Assembly: GCA_052327205.1 (NCBI GenBank)
Contig: CM126215.1
Span: forward strand, 11,532,001-11,596,000
Direction: 5' to 3'
Length of the DNA: 64,000 nt
Source of the DNA: Somniosus microcephalus
Taxonomy: Eukaryota
Part shown: positions 25,770-38,715 of the stretch, piece after piece
Numbering within the stretch: the first letter of the stretch is position 1
Layout: each line of letters starts with the position of its first letter
Program-made: the position numbers and the translations under genes
Notes under the pieces: generated by a model
Databases searched by the model: none
Told to the model about the DNA's origin: nothing
The model's input: the letters and a program-made list of their open reading frames with translations, nothing else

Positions 25770-26656
25770 CAATAGCAAAATACTGCGGATGCTGGAAATC
25801 CTCAGCAGGCCAGGCAGCATCCGTGGAGAGCTTGTAAATTATAGATAGAAAGGTGAGGACAAGGGTAACCCTATCGTGGTTCTGGGAGGGAGGGGAAGGG
25901 GTGAGAGCAGAAGTGCGGGAAATAGAACGGACACGGTCAAGGGCCATGTCAACCACAGTAGAGGGGAATCCTCGGTTGAGGTAAAAGGAAGACATGTCGG
26001 AAGCACTGGTGTGGAAGGTGGCATCGTCACAACAGACGCAGCGGAGATGGAGAAACTGGGAGAATGGAATAGAGTCCTTACAGGAAGCGGGGTGGGAGGA
26101 AGTGTAGTCCAGGTAGCTGTGGGAGTCGGTGGGCTTGTAGTGGATGTTTGTCAATAACCTATCCCTAGAGATGGAGACGGAGAAGTCAAGGAAGGGAAGG
26201 GAAGAGTCGGAGATGGACCATGTGAAGGTGAGGGAAGGGTGGAAATTGGAAGTAAAGTGAATGAACTTATCTAGTTCAGGGCGAGAGCAGGAAAAGGCAC
26301 CAATACAGTCATCGATGTACCGGAAAAAGAGGTGAGGGAGGGGACCTGAGTAGGACTGGAACAAAGAGTGTTCCACATATCCCATGGACAGGCAGGCATA
26401 GTTAGGACCCATGTGGGTACCCATAGCAACACCTTTAATTTGGAGGAAGTGAGTGGAGTCAGAGGAGAAGTTGTTCAATGTGAGAACAAGTTCAGCCAGG
26501 CGGAGGAGGGTGGTGGTGGATGGGGACTGGTCGGGCCTCTGTTCAAGGAAGAAACGGAGCGCCCTAAGGCCGTCCTGGTCGGGGATGGAGGTGTAGAGAG
26601 ATTGGACATGGATGCTGCCTGGCCTGCTGAGTATTTCCAGCAATTTCTGTTGTTAT
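25770..26656 (-). mobile_element. Penelope-like element with an internal reverse-transcriptase fragment, inverted termini and a 15-bp TSD
   Basis: ORF 25756-26643 has SLYTSIP, KGVAMGTHMGP, FRYIDD, LPFLD and YKPTDSHSYL motifs; ATCAGAGTAGGGGCA is duplicated at 25755-25769 and 26657-26671. Confidence 0.9.
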
Positions 26657-26739
26657 ATCAGAGTAGGGGCATTTGAGTGAGATGCAGACACAACTACTTT
26701 CCTGTCAGCATTCTTTGGAGCAATGCAGCTCCTAGCACA

Positions 26740-28680
26740 TGCTCACTGGACTCTTCTAGGCATTTCTGGATCATTTAAACTAAGCACCTATTTTTAAATC
26801 TTGAAATGATTTTTCCTTCTCATGTAATCATGATCAACTATGATCTGTTTTCTTCAACTACTTTATTTGAGTGCTAATCTGGGAGATATGTCCACCGTGT
26901 ATCTTCCTAGGTGATACAAGAAATCAATGTTGTTGCTTTTTTTTGTGGTGGGCCTCTCCAGGCTATTCCTCCCTCAATGTTCTTGCTGTCAGGTTTCCCG
27001 CATTGGTCTGTGAGCTCATTCACAGTGAATACATAAGCCATTGTTGAACTTCAGATTCTTTTTTGTGGCTTTTTCTGGTGCGTGCCAAAGTCTGCTATCA
27101 TGTTCCCGCTGATGCAAATGCCATCTACGCACAAACAATGAGTGAATGGTTCAATGACTCACCTTAGGTGCACTGGAAATTCTAAAATGAAACATGGAGA
27201 CAAGCTTGTATCATTGCGTAGTTTCCGAAATCTATAGCATGCATCTAATTTGGAAAACACTTTGGGAGGGGGGGAGGAATTCGGTATCGCCCTGTTTGGG
27301 GCGCAATTATTGGCCGGGCGCAAAGTTTAGCGCCTGGCGCTAATTATCGCCTCCGACTGCAAACTTGGCTTGTATCGCCCCTGGAGGTGATTGGAGCGCT
27401 AAATCAGGTGCTACACACCTCTCTTAAGGCGCTAACGCCGAGGAGCGAGGCGCTACCTCAGAGCGCTGGCGAAGCTCATGTGATGTCAGTCAGCAATGGA
27501 ACACAGACACACTGGCGCCGGCCAGTTCTTAAAGGGGAGGGTCGATCTTGCTCTCCATCCACACCCTGCTCATTGCAGCCTTGAATCTCGGCTTGGCGAG
27601 ACCTGTACATCAAATCTGCTGGAAAGAACAATGGAGAGACCCAGGGAAAGAGCTCAGAGTGCAGCCCCCACAGTCTCTTCTAAATCGATGCAAGGAAGGT
27701 CAAATCAAAATGAACCAGCAAAGTGCTGCTCAGTACCCAAAACTCCTTCACACAGCGTTGAATCTCTCCAGAAGTCTCTCTCTCTCTCAGAATGCGTGGT
27801 GCAAAAATGTCGCCGACAAAAAAAGGCAGGAATTGGTCACCTTTAAATAGCGCTCCCCCAGTCCCTTCCCGACTGCAAAACGTTCTCCTCAACCTGTCTT
27901 TGCTAGCGGCAGGCGGAAAGGCAGGGGGCACCACTCAATATCCGGTCCGGGGCGCTGCACACTCGACTGACGTCACGATCTGCGGGCGCAGGAGATCGTG
28001 GCGGTAGTGTTTAGCACTGCCGCAAAATGTTTGGTCAATTTTGCGAGCTGCGCAAACATCGCCGCGCCCGGGTGTTAGTTCCTTTGCGCCCCATTAACGC
28101 CCTCTTAGGGCGCTCTTAGGGAGGTGCAAAGCAACTGAATTTTTCCCCCTTTAGCTCCAGTAAACTGTAACATAATTTGTTCTTGTGTTAATTTCTAGCA
28201 TTCTCTCTGCAGAGCTTTTTTTGAGTTTACAGGGATCAAGATACACACATCTGTCCATTTGGTTTGTGCGCAATCACTGATGAGCTAGCTCATTTATTGG
28301 GCTCACTAATTATGTCAAGTGATTACATGCACTTCAATTCTGTTTTGAGTTTATCTTTCAAGGTAAGTGGTATCTTTCTACCAGGTTCAACTACTGGCTG
28401 TGCACTGCTAACAATCTGATGCTATGTTTTCCAGGCAAACAACCAAGACCTTGAAACAAATTATTATAATGACAAAACATCAAGGCTTCTTGGTTTCTCT
28501 CTGGCATAGGATCTACAGCCAACACCCACCTCAACAATGGAGCCTTTCACATTCTTTGAGTCATAGTACCAGTTGAACATTAGCAGAGATAACAACATTG
28601 TTTTGTTCCTGTGTTTCGTGCTTTACTGAGATGATAGAACGCTCTTTCTATGTCACTACCAGAATATGCTTTCAGTTTAA
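26740..28680 (-). pseudogene. Highly degenerate Gypsy LTR-retrotransposon pol remnant split by a Harbinger derivative
   Basis: Minus strand near 28200-28380 reads, with frameshifts, PLTLKDKLKTELKCM*SLDIISEP..SS.VIAHKPNGQ..LDP..L..ALQRE (RT N-terminus); near 26800 an RS..RRKNHF-like pol tail. Confidence 0.55.
27264..28149. mobile_element. Harbinger deletion derivative related to the autonomous element
   Basis: GGGGGAGGAATTCGG ... CTGAATTTTTCCCCC termini with TTT flanks; retains MERPRERAQ (compare MEKARERAQ at 36296). Confidence 0.75.
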
Positions 28681-28694
28681 TTGATGCAGTTCTA

Positions 28695-31103
28695 ATAAGA
28701 ACATAAGAAATAGGAGCAGGAGTCAGCCATTCGGCCCTTCGAGCCTGCTCCGCCAGTCAATGAGATCATGGCTGATCTTCTGCCTCAACTCCATTCACCG
28801 GCCCTATCGCCATATCCCTTGATGCCCTTACTAGTCAGAAATCTATCGACTTCTGTTTTGAATATACCCAATGACTGAGCCTCCACAGCCCTCTGGGGTA
28901 GAGAATTCCAAAGATTCACCACCCTCTGTGTGAAGAAATTTCTTCTCATCTCAGTCCTGAATGGCCTACCCTTTATCCTGAGGCTGTGGCCCCTGGTTCT
29001 AGACTCCCCAGCCAAGGGAACCATTCTCCCAGCATCCACCCTATCAAGCCCTGTAATAATTTTGTATGCTTCAATGAGATCCCCTCTCATTCTTCTGAAT
29101 TCAAGAGACTACAGGCCTAGTTTACTCAATCTCTTCTCATACGACAGTCCCGCCATCCCAGGAATCAATCTCGTGAACCTTCGTTGCACTCCCTCTATGG
29201 CAAGTATATCCTTCCTTAGGTAAGGAGACCAAAATTGTACATAGTACTCCAGGTGTGGTCTCACCAAGGCCCCATATAATTGGAGTAAGACTTCTTTACT
29301 CCTGTACTCAAATCCTCTTGTAATGAAGGCCAGCATACCATTTGCCTTCCTAATGGCTTGCTGCACCTGCACATTCACTTTCAGTGACTCATGTACAAGG
29401 ACACCCAGGTCCCTTTGAGCATTTGCATTCCCCAATCTTTCACCATTTAGGAAATACTCTGCCTTTCTGTTTTTCTACCAAAGTGGATAACTTCACATTT
29501 ATCCACATTATATTCCATCTGCCATGTTCTCACCCACTCACTGAGCCTGTCGAGATCCCCTTGAAGCCTCTTCACATCCTCTTCGCACCTGCGCTGCCAC
29601 CTAGCTTTGTATCATCAGAAAATTTGGAAATGTTACATTTAGTCCCCTCATCCAAATCATTGATATAGATTGTGAATAGCTGGGGCCCAAGCACCGATCC
29701 TTACGGTACCCCACTAGTCACAGCCTGCCATCTTGAAAAAGACCCGTTTATCCCTACTCTTTGTTTTCTATCTGTTAACCAATTCTCAATCCATGCTAGT
29801 ATATTACCCCTAATTCCATGTGCCCTAATTTTGTTCACCAACCTCTTGTGTGGGACCTTATCGAAGGCCTTCTGAAAATCCAGATACACACCTACTGGTT
29901 TCCCTCTGTCTACTCCACTAGTTACATCCTCTAAGAACTCCAATAGGTTTGTCAAACAGGGTTTCCCTTTCATAAATCCATGTTGACTCTGCCCAATCTT
30001 ACTATTAGTTTCTAAGTGCCCAGTTATTGCATCCTTTATAATAGAGTCCAGCATTTTCCCAACTACTGATGTGAGGCTAACAGGTCTGTAGTTCCTCATT
30101 TTCTCTCTCCCTCCTTTCTTAAATAGCGGGGTTACATTTGCTATCCTCCAATCTGCAGGAACCGTTCCAGAAGCTATAGAATTTTGGAAGATGACAACCA
30201 ATGCGTCCACTACTCCAATGGCCATCTCTTTCAAAACCCTAGGATGTAGGTCATCTGGTCCTTGGGATTTGTCGACTTTTAGTCCCATTAATTTTGCTAG
30301 TACTGTTTTTTTACTAATAATAATTTCTTTAAATTCCTCATTCTCGCCACACCTTTGGCTTTCTCGTATTTCTGGGAGGTTTTTTGTGTCTTCCTCCGTG
30401 AAGACAGAAACAAAGTATTTATTTAATTTCTCTGCCATTTCCTCATTCCCCATTATAAATTCTCCCATCTCTGACTGTAAAGGACCTACATTTAACTTCG
30501 CCAGTCTTTTCCTTTTCACATACCTATAGAAGCTTTTACAATCCGTTTTTATATTTTTTGCTAGTTTGTGCTCATATTCCACTTTCCCTTTCTTTATCAA
30601 TTTCTTGGTCCCCCTTTGCTGATTTCTATAAAGATCCCAATCCTCAGGCTGACTGCTTTTTCTGGCAACTTTATAAGCTTCCTCCTTTGACTTAATACTA
30701 GCTTTAATTTCTTTTGTTAGCCATGGTTGGATCACTTTTCCTTTTGGGTTTTTATGCCCTGAAGGAATATATGTTTGTTGCAAATTATGCATTATTTCCT
30801 TGAATGTTAGCCATTGTATGTCCACCTTCATACCTTTTCGTGTAGTCTCCCAATCTACCATGGCCAACTTGTCCCTCATACCCTTGTAGTTTCCTCTGTT
30901 TAGATTGAAAACCTTAGTTTCAGATTGGACTGCATCACTCTCAAACTTAATGTAAAATTCAATCATATATTATGGTCACTTGTCCCTAAAGGCCCCTTTA
31001 CCACAAGATTATTGATTAGCCCTTTCTCATTGCAATGTACCAGATCCAGAATAGCCTGTTCCCTGGTTGGTTCCTCCACATACTGATCCAGGAAACCATC
31101 TTA
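28695..31103 (-). mobile_element. CR1 LINE, 2.4-kb 5'-truncated ORF2 with frameshifts
   Basis: ORF 29701-30966 (NYRPVSLTSVVGK, QHGFMKG, YLDFQKAFDKVPH) plus ORFs 29109-29435 and 28785-29090 and the 3' tail. Confidence 0.95.
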
Positions 31104-31164
31104 CATGTATCTCAGTTTTGGATTATTTTGTAGGCTTTCACTGTCCTCGAACCCAATGATATTA

Positions 31165-31498
31165 CAGGAATTTTTTTTTTATCCGGCACCAATGGGACCG
31201 ACGTGGTGCCGGCTCATCAAAAATTCCGGATAACCGAAAGCTATAGCAAAAGATACGGAGAGATGAGAGCTCTGTATAAAGCAACAAACCCTGTTGCTTA
31301 GCAACAGGTTCAGAACAATGGCCACAAGTTCCAAGCGTCTCTGTAGCTTAGCAACAGCTGCAGCCACACCCTTGCACAGCAACAGATCGAGGAAGGCAAG
31401 TACAATATGAAGTAAAACTTACCTGAGCCTACTCCTGAATTTTGCCGGTTAACCGAGATTTCCGGTTATTTTGGTGCCGGTAAATCGAAAGTTTCCTG
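31165..31498. mobile_element. TA-flanked MITE, inverted relative to 53994-54276
   Basis: TA|CAGGAA..TTATCCGGCACC ... GGTGCCGGTAAATCGAAAGTTTCCTG|TA. Confidence 0.85.
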
Positions 31499-31899
31499 TA
31501 ACACTAGTTCCAGTATCCAGCTTCAGAGGTATGATTTATCAATTAAGACTTGTGGAATGTAAGAACAGGATTGGGCCATTCAGCACCTCAAAGCCTGTTC
31601 CCTCATTCAATCAGATCATGGCTGATCTGTACCTCAACTTTATTTACCTGCCTTTGATCCATATCTCTTGATGCTCTTACCAACAAAAATTCATCAATCT
31701 TAATCTACTATCCATGGCTTGGTTTTGTTGCTACTAAAAGAATCTACAAAAAATGCTCCTTTTTGTAATTACCACTGGTTGAGTAATATCCATGAAAATA
31801 TTTTTGATGTTTGTGATGATTTGTACACACTGGCAAAATGGGTTAAGCTTTGCTTATTGGCCACAAACGTCTCATCTACTGTCACAACATTCAGCTTTG

Positions 31900-33380
31900 T
31901 CGGGATGGGGGCGGGTCAGCTAGTTTCTGGGTTCCAGTCTCGCCCCCAGCCGCCTCCACTCTGCAGACGTGATTTTCCCTTGATTGGCCTTGTTAACCAG
32001 CCAATTAACAGGAAGCGGGTCTGAAGACGTAATTTGATGACACGTCATCTGCTGGTTTCCTTAAAGGGACCATGCACAATTTTATTTTGACAGGTTATCG
32101 GTCAGTGTTTGACAGCATTGAGGTGCTGAAAACACTGACAATCACTGCACAAAGGTGAACTCTTGCACCCAGGCTCTCCAATGACTCCCTGCATATGCTT
32201 ATGGAGGGATTCACAGTACGCAGGGAGGTTCTCTTTCCTTCCAAGGGCGGAAGGGACCTCCCCAGGACAACAACTTAACTTGCACCTCCACCCAACCCTC
32301 TCTAGCTACTTTATCACTTCCCCATCTCACTAGCCACCCCTCACTCACCCTCATTCTACTGCAAGATATACCAACTAACAACACATGGGTGGGCATTTGA
32401 GAGGTTTAGCCAATGTCCATGTGAAGTTTCTGGTAATGTGTTGTCATACAGTGAAATCTCGTTTTCAAAAAGTGCCACTTATTGGACAGATCTGAGCGCA
32501 CCTTGAGAAGTGTCTTACTGAGTTCCAGTGATTGTTCAGTCATAACTCCCCCCCCACCCCACCCCCCACCCCGCTATAGTGATTTGTGTGCATGGAATGG
32601 CTTGGACATTAAAGGGATGCTTCACGGTGCTGGTGTGGGGTGTCAACCTGGTGCATCATGTGGCAACCAGAGTTTACAGCGTCAAGTGAAGCAAGTCTGG
32701 CCATGATGATGCCATCGCTGGCCTCCTGGCCAGCAATTTTGTCAGGGGCTGATGCCCTGTGTCCAGTGAAGCATCAGGTGATGGCGGCGAAGGTTGGTGA
32801 TGAGGTTGGTGATGTTGGTGTTGGGGCTGATTGTGGAAGGATTGGGAGGACCAAGGTCTGATTGTTTCAATGGCTCTGATGTTGCTGGAATAGATGGCAG
32901 CTGCAGGTGAGATGACAGAAGCGATCTGTCACTGGTGAGAGAGGTTCTCCCAATGAGATGGCACTGGACATACAGTTGGATTTAAAAACTTGTAAGCTAA
33001 AGAAGTCTGTATATGTATTAAAAATGCAGTAACCAACATTTTCTTTGCTCTGAAACTCACCATCCACAACATGATATCCTTGACACCACTTCTGCAGCTG
33101 TCAGCTTTTCACAAACATCAGAGCAGACTCAAAACACGGCAGGTTGAGCTGGTGTGTTCTCCGCACAGCGGGTAACCAGTGGGGGAGGAGGTAAAATTAC
33201 AAGTAAGTCTCAAAAGACTCTTAGATTGGCTCTTAACAAGCAATTTAAGTACCAGAACTGTTTCCCCCACCGCTTGGTGTCGGGTCAGTTCTGCGCTGAC
33301 AGACCCGACACCTGGGAGACTTGCGTGGAGGCGGGTTGACAGCGGGTTTCCAGCGTAGGTTTACCAGAATGATACCCGGA
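31900..33380. mobile_element. Degenerate copy of the 1.8-kb Harbinger derivative
   Basis: Colinear with 8119-9900 and 54946-56711, with internal deletions; termini eroded. Confidence 0.7.
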
Positions 33381-33389
33381 CTCCAAGGG

Positions 33390-33800
33390 TTAATTTACGA
33401 GGAGAGATGACACAAATTAAGGTTGTATTTCCTAGAATTTATACGGTTAAGGGGTGATCTGATCGAAGTTTTCAGGATATTAAGGGTAGATAGAAACTAT
33501 TTCCGCTGGTTGGGGATTCTAGGACTGGGGGCATGGTCTAAAAATTAGAGCCTGAGCTTTCAGGAGTGAAATTAGGACACAAAGGGTGGTAGAAGTTTGG
33601 AATGCTCTACCTCAAACGGCAATTGATGCTGGATCAACTGTTAACTTTAAATCGGAGATTGATATCATTTTGTTAACCGAGGGTATTAAGGGATATGGGC
33701 CAAAGGCAGGTATATGGAGTTAGATTGCAGATCAGCCATGATCTCATTGAATGGTGGAATAGGCTCGAGGGGCTGAATGGCCGACTTCTGTTCCTATGAA
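33390..33800 (+). mobile_element. CR1 LINE 3' fragment
   Basis: RLRGDLIEVF..-coding segment and the CR1 3' UTR. Confidence 0.75.
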
Positions 33801-34627
33801 TGTTGGAAAACTAGAGTTATATTTATGAATATCTTAAATATAGATTGCACTGTAGTCTGGCCAGCTTGTTTTCATTACATGGAAGATAATTTTACTTTGA
33901 ACAGCAAGTACTGTACTGTATTTTTTTTAACAAGGACTGTACTTCAAACTGCAAAGAATATTTTTCATCCAGGAATCTAGTACATCTGAAATGACAATTA
34001 CTGTCGAAGGGCTGGCTAAATGACATCAATATTTCACCCATTTCATTCAGCTTGAATATATCTCTCATGAATATAAACTAGCTCCAAGATAATAACCATC
34101 AAAACACATCAAATTGTTTAGCGAATTAACATTTTAAGTGCTTCCCTCTAATCATATACCACACTGTAAATGAATATTACTATGAAACTTAATAAAATAC
34201 CATCGATAAGCAATAACCTTTGGTACTGATGAAACAAGCTGATAAGCCGCTTAAGATGGTCATTTCCTTTATAACACTGTCAAATTTTCATTATTTCTAA
34301 ACAATATGCAAAAAGGCAACATATTTAAAACTTTTACTTGTTGTCTTGCCAGTTTCAAGTAATCAATAAGAGAATTTAAAACAGCGTTTACTTCATGGTT
34401 TAATAATCTTTACCCTAAGACTACTGGTAGGTGAACCAGAATGCCTAAATCTCTGTTTCTCTCTCCACAGATGCTGCCTGACCTGCTGAGTGTTTTCAGC
34501 ATTTTCTGCTTTTATTTCAGATTTCCAGCATCCGCAGTATTTTACTTTTGTAAAAATGCCTAAATCATTGGGCTGACTGATTATATAGATTTTCAGCATA
34601 TGCACTGCAACACTGAAACAGACACAA

Positions 34628-35452
34628 GGGGGGCGATTTTCCCAGCCCTGGGGAGGCGGGACTGCCAGGAAAATGGCAGAATCTGGGGGCGGGTACCCAT
34701 CCCGCCCCCAACCCACCACCGTGCCATCTTCCCAGGAGGCGGGTACCCGGCCCACGCCGGGTCCCATCTCCTCAAGGCGGGAAGGGGATTAGTGCCAATT
34801 AACTGCCTGTTAACAGGTAGTTAACAGGTAGTTTTTTTGATAATCCCTATTTTGAGCCTTAAAGTGTGGGCTTCCCGACGGCTCCGAACCTCGCCAGGGT
34901 CAGCAAGTTGGTCTGCGGGGGTCGGAGGGGCCGAAAAGTGCGCTGTGGAGGTGAGTAATGAGTGCAAGTGTGGAGAGGTAAGTGTGTGAGGTGAGTGTAT
35001 AGTGTTTTAATAAGATTACTTACCTTTGCTTCTTCCTCCAGGCTTCATCCCTTTAGGCTGCGGAGCTGCCTTATCTCCACGGCAGAGATGACAGAATGGC
35101 TGCCGCATTCTCCGATGCAACAGCCTTCTGCTTTCTACTCAGGAAAGCTTTCTAAGTGAGTCTTGAGTAAAGGACTCAACTTAGAAGACAGATTGTCAGT
35201 GTTTGACAGCTTCACAGAGATGTCAAACAAAGACAATTCATGTCAAAAAATCTTGACAGATGAAACATCATACGCTGACGTTCTCTGTCACCGGCTTTCC
35301 CTTAATTGGCCTGCTAAGCCAGCTGGGCAGGCTTAACAAGGTCAATCAAGGGAAAATAGCGTGGGTTGGCCGGACATCGATGGAGTCGGGACTAAAACCC
35401 GACAAGCAGCAGTCCCGCCCCCATCACATCCCCATTGATAAAATCACCCCCC
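34628..35452. mobile_element. Harbinger-type MITE, diverged relative of 57629-58461
   Basis: GGGGGGCGATTTT ... AAAATCACCCCCC termini; shared core GGGATTAGTGCCAATTAACTGCCTGTTAACAGGTAGTTAACAGG. Confidence 0.75.
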
Positions 35453-36295
35453 TGGTCACAGTAATAAAGTAAATCCATAGACATTAATTCATAAGCAGCA
35501 AGTAGCACAAACTCAACCAGCAAAAACCACACCAACTTTTATTCCAGCTTTTCAGTAGCCATCTTGTTTTTTGAGCCACTCAGAATATATATTCAAAATG
35601 AAACTTGTGTAACCTATTAAACAAATGCTTACGTAAAATAGAAGTAATTTTCAAAGAAAGAACTGAACAGATAAAATATCTACCTGCTTTATCTTAAAGA
35701 TTACTTTAAGCAAATTTCCTCTGCTTGGATTTGTGGCCTATCTTTGTGATTTGGGCTGTAGAGTTACAAGTAGACTGTCCTTTATCCGAAAACCTTGGGA
35801 CCAGCTGTGTTTCGGTTTTCGGAATTTTTCGGATTTCAGAAGGTTTTGACAACAAACACTGTTGCTTAGCAACAGCTTGTAAACACTCGGGCCCTGCCTT
35901 GGAAGCGTCTCTGAAGCTGTTGCTAAGCTACAGAGGCCTAGAAATTCATTGACGCCACTTTTGGGGCGCTAAAGTGGGGCGTCCGCTAAAGTTTGCGGCC
36001 GCCACCAAATCGATGCCACTTCTCCGATATTCATTAGCTTCGCCCTAGGAGTTCGGGCGAGCGCTAAAACTGCTGCTGGACGCCTCTCTTTGGGCGCTAA
36101 GCCGGAGGTGGTGATCGATAGCGCCGAGGCCGGGCGCAGCGCAGGTGCGGCCATCTCGTGACTGACAGTAGACACCCTGGCGCCGGCCAGCTCTTAAGGG
36201 GGAAGGGTTGACTGTGTCTGCTGCCACGCCCTGGATAGTGGAGCCCTCCAGCTATGCCTGAACACTGCTGCTGGACCCAAATAGCGCCTGAAGAC

Positions 36296-38339
36296 ATGGA
36301 GAAGGCCCGTGAACGTGCGCAGCGCTTCTCAGAGCGTGATCTGAGTGTGCTGATTGCTGCTGTGGAGAAGAGGCGCCATGTTTTGTACCCGGACAATGGC
36401 AAGAAGGCGACGGTCCGCGTCTACAGGAGAGCCTGGAGGCATGTCGCCAGCAAGCTGTCAGCCAACAGCGACGTCCCCAGGACCGGTGCCCAATGCCGCA
36501 AAAAGTTAAATGACCTCACATGCATTGTCAGGGTGAGTACCCTTTCCAGTGACCTCCTCATCCTTGCATGTGCACCTCACATTATGGGCAAAGGGACCTG
36601 AAAGCTCTAATGGCCAGCCTTCATCCAGCAGCTATGGGACAGGCATGAGCATCAATTGCACATTCTGCACTTAACACACTGGCCAAGCTATTCCACCATG
36701 GGAGGCATTGCACACCAGATCATGGCGACACACTGGCCAGGCTATTCCACCATGGGAGGCAGTGCACACCAGATCATGGCGACACACTGGCCAGGCTATT
36801 CCACCATGGGAGGCAGTGCACACCAGATCATGGCGACACACTGGCCAAGCTATTCCACCATGGGAGGCAGTGCACACAAGATCACGGCGACACACTGTAC
36901 TTAGAGGCCGTCCTTTCTCTTGCAGGCCAAGCTGGCGAATAATCGCAAGAGCCGGACTGCGACCGGGGGAGGCCGACCCCATATCCAGCCACTCACCGAC
37001 CTGCAACATCGCGTGGAGCGCCTCATGGGTGGCCGGGTGATTGGGCCCGTTGCATGTGGAGATGCCGACCCTGTTCTGGGCAGCAATGGTAAGGACATCA
37101 CCTTTTGCACCTCTCTCGTCCCACTTGCGCATCAGATCTACATCCTTTGCCACTGTCCGACAAATGCGCTGAATGCCACCACTCATGCATCCCGCACTGA
37201 CGCCCTCTCCTCACTCTAAAGCTACTCTTGTGCCTTCCTGCTTTCAGATGGTCAAGAGGAGGTCCCTGAACTTGCCAGTGACAGACCCTCCAAAGAGGAG
37301 CAGGAGGAGGAGCAAGAGGAAGGCGGCCCATCAGGGGAACCCTCAGCCGCGGCCACGTAGGCCAATGTAGGGGACACGTCTTCCCTGGAGGGCAGCGTGG
37401 CGGAAGTGTCGGAGGGGAGCTCCTGGGACCTGCGGGCTGCAGAAAGGCGGGAGGGGGGTGGAAGCTCGGCGGCCTTCTCCCCAGAGGGGGGATGCGTCGG
37501 AGGGGAGTCCAATTGCTGGGCCCAGCGGCCTCCAGCAACGCAGGAAGGGTCGGCCAGCTCGGCGGCCTTCTCCCCAGAGGGAGAGTCCGGCCTCCAGTCA
37601 GGAGATGCTCTTCGCCGAGGAGATGGAACGCCTCGAAGACTTCTCCGCAGACTCGGAGCGCCGGCACACGGAGCTCATGGTGGCAGTGGCACGGTTGCGT
37701 GAGTCCATCGATTCCCTCTCTCGGAGTGTGGCCGAGTTCGGGCCCTCAGAGGCCACCAGTCGGGCGGAATACTGGGCAGATCAGGCAGCGAGTCGGGCGG
37801 AATTCGGGGCAGCTCTGTCAGCGACTGGCCAGGTGATCAGTGGTGCCGTCCAGTCACTGGCTACTCTGATGCGGTCAGTGAACAGGTCAACACGGGCACT
37901 CACTGCTGCCACACTCGCTGTGTCAGCCAGGCATCGCCAGGGCACCCGGCGCGCTGCAGCAGCACAGCGGGTTGTCCCTCGGCAGATTGGTGCGCATGCT
38001 GCAGTGCTGGCCCGGCCGAGTGCCAGTGTCTCAGGCGACCAGCGAGCGCCTGCCATCCGCCAGCTTGCCGCCATTCCTCCAGCCGCCACTGCCAGTCCCC
38101 CAGTGGAGCTGCCAGGAGCTGCTGCAGCGACTGATGCTGGCCAGCCACAGCTGCAGCAATCAACAGCCGCCCGCTCGACGGCCAGACCTCGACTAAGCCG
38201 AACCCCAAGGGCATCTGCCGTCACGACATGTGCCCCTCAGGAGCCTGCCCCCAGCCTTACAGCAGCCAATAGCCTTACTTTGAGGCGGAGCAGCAGGGCG
38301 GGCAGGGGCCACCCAAAGATGGCCAAGGCATCGCCCTAG
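36296..38339 (+). pseudogene. Harbinger Myb/SANT-like DNA-binding protein gene with three predicted exons (36296-36532, 36926-37088, 37248-38339), disrupted in exon 3
   Basis: Exon 1: RAQRFSERDL..LIAAVEKRRHVLY..W..VA..RTGAQCRKKLNDL; exon 2 has the TGGG motif; canonical GT-AG sites with compatible phases; in-frame TAG at 37358 and a frameshift near 37420. Confidence 0.8.
36674..36897. repeat. 54-bp tandem repeat, about four copies, in intron 1 of the Myb-like gene
   Basis: Unit ACACACTGGCCAGGCTATTCCACCATGGGAGGCAGTGCACACCAGATCATGGCG; copies nearly identical. Confidence 0.95.
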
Positions 38340-38582
38340 CGGGCCAAATAGTCGAATGTGTGGCCATTTGTGTTTGTTTCTTGAGGCCGAGAATTGGATG
38401 TTTGTTTTTTGAAGGCCGATGATGTGATGTTTCTTTTGGACGAAGGCCGAGAATGACGGCCATTTTAGTTGCCCTATTTTGTTAATCCTCTCCAGGTTGT
38501 GGGAGCGAGGAATGTGTTTGAGTGTTTTTTGGGGGTTTCGTCTGTTTTTGGTTTTCATGTGGGAAGGGCCCAGAGTTTGTAC

Positions 38583-38603
38583 AATAAAGCATTTTATTTA
38601 TTC
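38583..38603. terminator. Back-to-back polyadenylation signals between the convergent Harbinger genes
   Basis: AATAAA on the plus strand at 38583 immediately followed by TTTATTTATT (AATAAA on the minus strand). Confidence 0.55.
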
Positions 38604-38715
38604 ACATTGTCCATGTTTGATCTTTGAAGTGTTTGTTGCCTTAACCGGCTGAGGGCTTGCGGAGCGGCTGCAATCATGTTCTATCATTGGCAAAAGCCAT
38701 GCCCTGACAGGGGGC

